A DNA stretch of 64,000 nucleotides from the human T2T-CHM13v2.0 reference genome, Homo sapiens: assembly GCF_009914755.1 (NCBI RefSeq), contig NC_060935.1. The stretch is one strand, 5' to 3'. Made by a program: the position numbers and the translations under genes. Below the pieces are notes generated by a model that had not been told where the DNA came from, did no database searches, and was given only the letters and a program-made list of their open reading frames with translations. Below are positions 53,657-64,000 of this stretch, in pieces (the stretch's first letter is position 1; every line of letters starts with the position of its first letter).

Positions 53657-55278
53657 ACTTTTTTAAATCTTAAGTTCAGTGGTACATGTGAAGGTTTGTT
53701 ATGGGGGTGTCATGGAGGTTTGTCATTTTAGAAGTCTGACATAGGGGTTTGTTGTAAGGATGATTTCCTCACCCAGGTATCAAGCCTAGTACCTATCAGT
53801 ATTTCTGTGATCCTCTCACACCTCCCACCCTCCGTCGTGTCTGTTGTTCCTCTCTATGTGTTTGTGTGTTCTCATCATTTAGCTCCCACTTACAAGTGAG
53901 AACATGTGGTGTTTGGTTTTCCGTTCCTGTGTTAGTTTGCTAAGGATAATGGCCTCTGGCTCCATCCATGTTTCTGCAAAGGACATGGTCTTATTCTTTT
54001 TTATGGCTGAATAGTATTCCATGCTGTGTATGTACCACATTTTCTTCATCCAATCTACCAATGATGGCCCATTATGTTTGTTCCGCATCTTTGCAATTAA
54101 TAGTGCTGCAATGGGCATGTGCATGCATGTGTCTTTATGTTAGAATGATTTATATTCTTTTGGGTATATAACCAGTAATGGGGTGGCTGGATCAAATATT
54201 AGCTCCATTTTTAGGTCTTTGAGGAATTGCCACATGGTTTTCCACAATGGGTGAACTAATTTACACCCCAATCAACGCTGTATAAGCATTCCTTTTTCTC
54301 TGCAACCTCGCCAGCACCTGTATTTTTTTTTTACTTTTTAATAATAGCCATTCTGACTGATGTGAGATGGTATCTCACTGTGGTTTTGATTTACATTTCT
54401 CTTTTTTTTTATTTTTTTTTAGTATTTATTGATCATTCTTGGGTGTTTCTCAGAGAGGGGGATTTGGCAGGGTCATAGGACAATAGCCGAGGGAAGGTCA
54501 GCAGATAAACATGTGAACAAGGGTCTCTGGTTTTCCTAGACAGAGGACCCTGCGGCCTTCCGCAGTGTTTGTGTCCCTGGGTACTAGAGATTAGGGAGTG
54601 GTGATGACTCTTAACGAGCATGCTGCCTTCAAGCATCTGTTTAACAAAGCACATCTTGCACCACCCTTAATCCATTTAACCCTGAGTGGATACAGCACAT
54701 GGTTCAGAGAGCACGGGGTTGGGGGTAAGGTTATAGATTAACAGCATCCCAAGGCAGAAGAATTTTTCTTAGTACAGAACAAAATGGAGTCTCCCATGTC
54801 TACTTCTTTCTACACAGACACAGTAACAATCTGATCTCTCTTTCTTTTCCCCACATTTCCCCCTTTTCTATTTGACAAAACCGCCATTGTCATCATGGCC
54901 CGTTCTCAATGAGCTGTTGGGTACACAACCCAGACGGGGTGGTGGCTGGGCAGAGGGGCTCCTCACTTCCCAGATGGGGTGGCCGGGCAGAGGCGCCCCC
55001 CACCTCCCAGACAGGGCAGTGGCCGGGCGGAGGCGCCCCCCAACTCCCTCCCGGATGGGGCAGATGGCCTGGCGGGGTTGACCCCCCACCTCCCTCCCAG
55101 ACGGGGTGGCTGGTCGGGTGGGGTCTGACCCCCTACCTCCCTCCTGGACGTGGTGGCTGGCCATGATTTGCATTTCTCTAATGATCACTAATATTGACCT
55201 TTTTTCATATGTTTTTTGACAGCATGTATGTCTTGTTTTGAAAAGTGTCTGTGCATGTCCTTTGCCCACTTTTTGATT
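53657..55278 (-). mobile_element. Older L1PA/L1PB 3' end hosting an SVA insertion
   Basis: ORF 53879..54124 (...KKMWYIHSMEYYSAIKKN...MFSLVSGS); L1 text resumes after 55164. Confidence 0.88.
54403..55163 (-). mobile_element. 5'-truncated SVA (SVA_B-like): poly-A, SINE-R, partial VNTR
   Basis: tattgatcattcttgggtgtttctc SINE-R end, gttatagattaacagcatccc diagnostic, ctcctcacttcccaga VNTR. 16-bp TSD TGATTT(A/G)CATTTCTCT at 54387-54402 and 55164-55179. Confidence 0.95.
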
Positions 55279-55661
55279 GAGATTTATCAATCAAGACTTC
55301 ACAATAGGTGTCTTATTCTAGGTAGGAAAATGAGACATTATAGTATACCATTTTCCTCAAAATAAACAAGTAGGGTCATGAAACCCTAAATATAATTTTA
55401 TTAAAAGTATTCAAGCTTTACAAAACAGCCCTAAGATTTATTAGGAAAAATAAATATTTAGAAATTGCAAAAAAGCTGAAAAAGATTAGTAATTAGGGGA
55501 GACTATCTCTATTAAGTATAAATATTTAAAATCCTTGACCACTGGGATAGTGTGTTGCTGGAAAAGAAAACAGAAAACAAGAAAAGAAGAAACAGAAGAA
55601 GTGCCCCAAGATTGAACCTTCTAAATGTGAAGAATCTGACATACTAAAAGGAGAAATTAAA

Positions 55662-56920
<1,259 letters not shown>

Positions 56921-57144
56921 ATTATATATTCATTCATAACATATATCACCAAGTCTGACTACCTATGAAAGAATTTAATAAATGTGACTATTTTTCTGAG
57001 CATTAAAAAAAAGGAAATAATTAATGGATTAGATTGGCAGATTATTTTACCTGTTTAGGAAAACTAGACTTCAATATTTTCTTATGATCAAGAAAAATAA
57101 ATTTTCCGTTGGCTGGAAAACAAATGTTTTCGTAATTTTTTTAA

Positions 57145-57342
57145 TGGGGATGACTAGAGGCAGGAGAGAGGGAGGTGGGCAAGGGCTGAAAAACTACCTG
57201 CTGGGTACCATGCTCGCTACCTGGGCAGGGGTGCAATCATACTCCAAACCTCAGCATCATCCAACATACCTTTGTAACAAACCTGCACATGTGCCTCCTG
57301 ATTCTAAAACAAAATCTGAAAAGAAAAGTAAGTAAATAAAAT
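57145..57342 (+). mobile_element. Old L1PA16-like 3' end
   Basis: gggcaagggctgaaaaactacct...aacctcagcatca...gtaacaaacctgcacatgt. Confidence 0.75.
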
Positions 57343-58242
57343 AAGGTGTTAAAATGTATAAAGTCACTAGAGGGAAATGGAATTTACTGAGGTGTCATAT
57401 GACAGAAAAAATAAGAAGTAAAAAAGTTAAGATAAAACATTTCTGTATAAAAACATCCATAATTGTAGCATCAATAACATAGTAAAGTAAATATTTATAG
57501 CAAATATCAAAGAATGGAATGAACATACATACATTTTTGATACAGAAAAACTTTATCAGAATGTATCAGTAAAATTTCTGACTCCAATAGATTAAGAATT
57601 CAAGGAAACAAGTAATTAACAAAGTTTATGGAGTAGGCTCTATGTGTCAGACATTGTGCAAGGAACAGAGAGCACAAAGAGAAGTAACTTTCCCTGACTT
57701 CAGGGAAATTTCCGACCAATAAACATAAACAGACAATTAACCAAGATTTTTTTTATTACATCACTCAATAGAACCGTACAAATTGGAAAATTAATTACAT
57801 GTCCAAAAATGCAGGACCTAGTTTTATAAACTACCAAATGCTCAATACTATTTGGAGAATGGTGCTATGTTTTGGAAGAGCTTGGATGATATAAGAAATC
57901 TCCATGTAATAATAATAAGGATAAAAATAATAATACAAAGTGAACTCATATAGTGTGATTTACCAGGGAAATTGACTTATGTTTTTCCCTAGCCTTAGTC
58001 CCTCATGAATCCGGACTACAGAGGAGAAGCAGGAACAATGAGTTTCTTTGATTACATGTTTTCTACCTGTAGTCAGGGGCAGAAAAAATTTTATTTCAAG
58101 CCTGATTCAAAAGAAATTTTCACACAGATTTTTATGAATGAAGTGTCTTTCCAATGAAACATATGTTTTAGTCCGTTTTTTACCTAATAATCTGCATTCT
58201 ATCAATAAAGAAAGAATGGAAGCATCATATATTGCCAGCATC

Positions 58243-58420
58243 TTTCTTTTTTTTTTTCTTTCTTTTTTTTTCTCAGTCTTACTCTGTCACCCACATTAGA
58301 GTGCAGTAGCATGATCACGGTTCACTGCAGTCTTGACCTCCTGGGCTCAAAAACTCCTCCAACCTCAGCCTCCTGAGCAGCTGGAACCACAGACATGCAC
58401 CACCACACCTGTCTATCTTT
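58243..58420 (-). mobile_element. AluJ/FRAM fragment
   Basis: Poly-T then tctgtcaccca...cactgcagtcttgacctcctgggctcaa. Confidence 0.8.
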
Positions 58421-58662
58421 TGTGACAGTGGTGTATTCCAAAATATTTGCTATCAGGCTCTGCATTGCATATTTGAAGTTCATAGATTATGGATTATGCT
58501 GATTTTACATATAAAAAGCAGAGCCTGGCTGTTTTTTAGAAGGCCATGAGAAGGGGGTATTGAAAATAGCAGAGGTATTATCAGATATTCTAAACATCTG
58601 GGAAGATCAATGGATCATTTTTATATAAATATGGAACCAAAACAAGCTGCTTCACCTGAGGA

Positions 58663-58875
58663 CTAAACAGCATCCATTAATGATAAGTACCCAAGGAAGA
58701 AGTACATAGGGGCATCCAAAGTTGGGCTGACCACCACAGTTACAACAATGAGTATGTCACCTACCATTGTCACAAGGTAGATGAGCAAGAACACAACAAA
58801 TAATATTTTCTGTCCCTGGGGGCTCTGAGTGAGCCCCACAAGGACAAACTCTGTCATATTTTTCTTTTGTTCCGT
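58663..58875 (-). pseudogene. OR4A49P: OR4 family N-terminal fragment (N-terminus to TM2)
   Basis: (ACG)EQKKNMTEFVLVGLTQSPQGQKILFVVFLLIYLVTMVGDILIVVTV...PMYFFLGYLSLMDAV*; OR similarity stops there. Locus name recalled from gene order. Confidence 0.8.
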
Positions 58876-59929
58876 ATGTCTTTTTGTATGTCCTTATTCC
58901 AGTGTTCAGGACAAAATTACCTAAAAATATAATTATTACTAGTAACTTCATGAAATTTTAGGATAATTTGTTTATTCATTCAACAAATAGGTGCTATGAG
59001 TTATTATGTTCCAGAATTGCAAGACATTATAAGAATATAAGGCTGATTAAAGCATGGTCCCCAACCTCAGCAATCTTACAAATTAATGGAGAGAGAAATA
59101 AGTAATTTGGGATGTATATGGGAAAAGGAAGTTTATTAAATAAATGAGTTTGCCAAAACTAGTTTTACATCTGGACGATCATAAAATTATACATATAGCT
59201 AATACCATAAACAAAAATAAATACAAATGAATTAAAGATTTAATATAAAACTAAAGCTAGATTTACTTTATATTTACTTTCCAGTTAATAAAGGAGATGA
59301 CTTTCTACATTCTCTGGATGGGAGAATCTTCTTAACTAATCATTGAAATCCAAAATAAACATATTCGACAATTTCAAAATTGTTTAAGAATTTGGGAAAA
59401 GATACCATTTAAAAATATTTACAATTTTGAGGACACAGAGTTAATATTTAAAATAGACAGAGTGCTCTAAGCAATTAATAAATAAAAGACAAACCAATAG
59501 CAAACTGGGCAAATGATAGAAACCAGCAATTTAAAAAAACCAGTACATTCAAATGGCCAAATATAATAGGGTGCTGAAGTTCACCTATAAATAGAAAAAT
59601 ACAAAATAAAAAACAAATATCACCTTATATTCATCAAACTGACAAAAACATTCTAAAAGTGATAGTAGCTATAGCTAGCAAAAATAAAAAGGGTATTTTC
59701 TTACACTGATAGTGAAAATATGAATTTTATAACTTTTGGAACAAAAGTTAGCAATCTCTAATGAAAGTAAAAATATCTTTCAAACAATTGCCCCTTCAAA
59801 AGCTATCCCATAGAAATTAGAGCCCTAGAACATAAGGACAGAAGCATGGCATGTTTTGTGACACTATTTATAATGGCACTAAACAAACAAAAAAATATGG
59901 AATGCAGATATTTAAAACAATTAATTATA

Positions 59930-60530
59930 AACTATAGTTGCCCTATCATGATCTTATTCTTCCTACCTAACTGTATTTCTGTATATATTAATCAACTCCT
60001 CTTCATCCCCTCTCCTCACTACCCTTCCCATCTTCTGGTAACCACCATTCTATTCACTACCATCATGAGGTCAATTTTTTATCTCCCACATGAGTCAACA
60101 CATGCAATATTTGGCTTTCTTTGCCTGCCTCATTTTATTTAAGATAATATCCTCCGGTTCCATCCACGTTGCTGCAAATGGCAGAATTTTATCCTTTTTA
60201 TTACATTATCTCACCCCAGTTAAAATGGCTATTATGAAAATAACAGAAAATAAATGCTGATGAGGATGTAGACAAAGGGGAATGATCATAATATGTTGGT
60301 AGGAATGTAAATTAATACAGCCACTATGGAAAACAGTATGGAGGTTCCTCAGAAAATTAAAAAAAGGACTAGCATATATCTAGAGATCCTACCGGTAGTT
60401 ATATATCAAAAAGAAATGAAATCGGTATATCAAAGAGATACCTACATTCCCATAATTTGTGGAGCACTATTCACAATCGCCAAGATATGGAATCAACCCA
60501 AGTGTTCATCAAAAGATGAATAGGTTAAAT
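59930..60530. mobile_element. L1MA 3' end (-, 59930-60200) with inverted upstream piece (+, ~60203-60530)
   Basis: Antisense 3' UTR text abuts sense ORF2-end text (atctcaccccagttaaaatggct...caacccaagtgttcatca). Confidence 0.75.
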
Positions 60531-61159
60531 AAGAATTTTGAAGTTAAGAAAAAACTCGAATTTGTGGGAGAGAGAATTGTGACTTTTTAATATAAATATT
60601 TGCATTTTATACCAATAAAAGTAAAATAATGAAATAGCCTTTACAACATATGATCCCAATCAGTTATACGGACCTGTATGCCTGCCACATAGTTGAACCT
60701 TGGGTAATCTGAAGGATGGAGAATAATTTTAATCCGTATTTTATCATGTTTTGAGTCTATCATTTTAATTCCTAAAAATCAGTCATGTGAATACTGTTAT
60801 AAACAAATACTCTTTGAAGTAAGGGCAGAAGTCTGTGGATACTTTATCCACATTTGAACTGCAACACATATTGTTGAGTCATTCAACTGGTGCATCTCCA
60901 AAGGTGATTCTTCTCTAATTAAATTCATTGGGACCTTTATCATAATTCTGATGGTAGGCTCCGTATCTCTAGAGATGCCACAGGGATAATAACTATGTAT
61001 AGCAAGATTTATAGAACCAAGTCCTCTAGGGAAAAAATGACAAAAGAATAATGAGGTCGAATCACCAAAAGGAAACAGTCCAGTCTGAGCATAAGTGAAA
61101 TACATAAAACCTAGTATTTAATCATGACCTGCAAAATAGGCAAATCTGTTGAGTGTGTA

Positions 61160-61390
61160 GTCACAGACAAGCTTCATTAAGGGGTCCATGTCACAAATAA
61201 AATGACCAATGACATTGGGGTCATAAGATGGGAGCCCATAAATAAGTCCAAGTTGAATTACTATGTGCAAAAATCCTCCAGCCCAGGACACCACCAGCAG
61301 CACAACACACAGCCATTGCTTCATGACAACCAAATACTGCAAGGACTTGCAGATGGCCCTATAGTGGCCTAGGCCATCACCAACAGAAGG
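61160..61390 (-). pseudogene. OR4A18P: OR4 family internal fragment (end of TM3 to ECL2)
   Basis: [34 protein letters not shown]...[19 protein letters not shown]. Locus name recalled from gene order. Confidence 0.78.
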
Positions 61391-62246
61391 AAAATCTGTG
61401 ACCCACCAAGAAAAAAATGTCCTGTAAAGAGCTAGGTGCTGCATCATATAACATTGGAGAAAGAAATGCATGTTTGAGTATGGAGTGGTTGTGCATAGTG
61501 TTATAATCCATGAAAAGGCCAATTGGCTTTAGTGTAAATTTGGTTAATCAGATACCTTACTTTATACCAATCAATTTATTTCAGCATCTCTAAGTGAGTG
61601 CAAGTACTTTTATTTGGGAAAAAAATGGTACAAATTAAAATAAAAGGAGAACATGCAGAGACAAAGTGGAGATCAATGTTGTTGAATACATCAGAAATTT
61701 CACCAACTGCCAGGAGGCACACACAACGTGTTTTGAAAAAAGATGATGGCTTAAATATGTATGTTTAATTTTGTATCATCTGTATTTTAATTAGAGCTGA
61801 ATTAATTATAGTAGGTTAAGGTTGCTAAAATATGTTTACGTGTGTGTGTATTATCATCTTTATTTTATTTTTAATAAAATGTGTATTTTTTAAGCGAGGA
61901 CAGATGTTATTGATACTCATCCAGGTCAGATAAAATTCCCCTTTCCACAAACAGAAAATCCTCTCCAGTGAGTTTACTTATTCATGTCCTTTCAGTTTAT
62001 TGCTTGTTATCCCTGGAAGTGGTTATGTAAACACTATTAATACTTGCTCTTGGGTCTCCTTTTAACACTCGTAGCCCCCTACCTTTCGAGTAGCTCTCTA
62101 TTACATCATTTGTTTCACTTTTTACACCTTCCCACTCTGTTATCTTTTATCTTTTTATCTATATGCTTACTTGTTTATTGTCTCTCTCCCCCTATAATAG
62201 AAAATGTTTCTTTGGATGGGCATGATGGCTCACACCCATAATCCCA

Positions 62247-63000
62247 GTCCCTCCTGCAGGAACACTGAATTTCAACAACTAATTGCACACACACAGAAGC
62301 ACAAACATAAGAACAAAAAACTGGGTGAGCAACTCCAGTACCTGGTTTTAACTTCACATCACAAAATGAAACACACTTAAGAGGGTAGGAAAGACAGTCT
62401 TAAATTGCCAGTAACACCCCTCCTTGATTCCACAGCTGTGGCTGCATGGTGCAAAGAGATAATCTGTGCACTTGAGGAAAAAAGAGTATAGAACTCAGTG
62501 CTATCTTGTCACAGCAGAGAGCAAAGCCATGCTGAGCTCAACTGGCACCCACCCATGGAGACTGCATTTGGACCAGCTCTAGCCAGAGGGGAATCATTCA
62601 TCCAAGAAGTCAAAACAAGAATTTCTTGGCAAGTCTAACCACTGTGGGCTAAAGTGCTCTGGGGTCTTGGGTAAACTTCAAAGGCAGCCTAGGACACAAG
62701 GCCTGCAATTCCTAGGCAAGTCCTAATGCTAGGTTGGACTTAGAGCCAATGCAATAGGGTGGCACATGACCTAGGGAGACACCAGCCAGGGCTGCCAAGG
62801 GAGTTCTTGTGCCACCCCTCCCCTGACCCCAGGCAGTGTAGCTTGCAGCAACAAAAGTGACTCCTTCCTTCTGCTTGAGGAGAGGAGAGTGCATCATGAA
62901 GAGTCAAGAGGACTTTGTCTTGCCTCCTGGATATTAACTAGCCACAATAGGATCAGGGACTGGGAAGAGTTATAAGTCCCACACCCTAGGTCCTAGCTCC
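62247..63000 (+). mobile_element. Old L1 (L1PB/L1MA-type) 5' UTR fragment
   Basis: cagtacctggttttaacttc...gccagaggggaatc...ctgcttgaggagaggagag is typical of ancient L1 5' ends. Confidence 0.6.
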
Positions 63001-63721
63001 CTTCTATGTGTAGTAGCAAACTTCTATGCATAGAAAAACTTGCACATACATATATTTAAATATATTTACATTTTCAAAGATTATTACCTGAAACATCTTA
63101 AGAAACAGATAATGGTGACTTCCTCTGAGGAAGAGAACTAGGAGACTGCACTCAGAGATGGACAGGAGATTTATTTCTCATTTTACCTCATTTTGTATGG
63201 TTTCCATTTTTACTATTTATGATTATTTTGCTTTCATTTTTAACTTTAAAAGGTAGAAGTATTACACTAAAAATGTGTATATAGTGCAAGTTCAATTGGA
63301 TGAAAAAGACTGCATTGGTATAAAATATTCCATTAACTATTTTAAATAGTATAAGAAGAAGAACTTAAATGACAAGAATCTAACTAAAAATGAAATTAAG
63401 TCTCAGAAAGGCAAAAAGATACATGCATAACTTGATTAAAAATTAATGTAACTCTAAAATGTCTTAACTAATTCCCTACATGTTATTAACTCCTTGCTTT
63501 ATGCATTACTTCTTTACAGATAAAAAGGAAAACAAGACATTATAGATCTTACATGCTAGCAGGGAGATAAACTGTTATTAATAACACAATCATATAGTTC
63601 TTTAATCATAATTGTAAATGGTTTGAAGAAAGGGAATATGGCCTCAGATTTAAGAAAACTCCTGGGTCCCAAGGAGACAGACTGTAAAGTCAAATGACTC
63701 TCTTCATGGTGGGTAACTCAC

Positions 63722-64000
63722 TTATGTACTACTTGATATGAAGTCTCTTCTCCAGAGCTTCTTCATAGCACTTGTCATCTCAGAATTTCTCAGAGTGTAG
63801 ATTAAAGGGTTCAGCATTGGAGTTATGACTGTATAAAACACACTCACTGATTTGTCAATGGGGAAGGTCCTAGCAGGTCTAGCATACATAAAAATACAGG
63901 GAACAAAGAAGAAAACAACCACAGTTATGTGGGAACTGCAGGTTGAGAGGGCTTTTCACCTCCCTTTCTGACTAAGGTTCTTTAGAGAGTGCAGATGACA
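63722..64000 (-). pseudogene. OR4A19P: OR4A47-like pseudogene, 3' part (runs off the window)
   Basis: [88 protein letters not shown]. In-frame TGA at 63956-63958 and an apparent 1-nt deletion near 63993. Locus name recalled from gene order. Confidence 0.88.

Noticed and set aside
60797-61105. 102-aa ORF continuing the OR fragment
   Set aside because: No OR TM5-7 motifs (KAxSTC, PxLNP) and no other recognisable family in the frames examined.

Overview
Human (or great-ape) genomic DNA, not prokaryotic. Its content matches the pericentromeric segmental-duplication mosaic of chr11p11.12, between the FOLH1/TRIM cluster and the OR4A/OR4C cluster. That placement and the locus names are recalled from gene order, not from a search. 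No intact protein-coding gene is present. Layout: (1) a >=5.2 kb inverted duplication (1-5239 vs 25711-31014), each arm carrying a TRIM43-like pseudogene abutting probable ANKRD33B 3' UTR; (2) inside the loop, an orphan FOLH1/PSMA exon-7 duplicon, a 5'-truncated L1PA4-like element, and two back-to-back half genes (TRIM48/49-type coiled-coil exons on -, TRIM51-type 3' exons on +); (3) a long GC-rich ANKRD33B retrocopy (- strand, ~28800-37140) with a 458-nt non-canonical insert exactly at a splice junction; (4) four OR4A pseudogenes/fragments (- strand) among L1, Alu, SVA, THE1 and ERVL repeats. The most interesting hypothesis is that the right-hand TRIM43-like copy keeps a DUX4-site/CACCC/TATA promoter and, lacking its terminal exon, would read through antisense into the ANKRD33B retrocopy within an inverted repeat, a possible embryonic or FSHD antisense/dsRNA source. 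This is inference and is untested.
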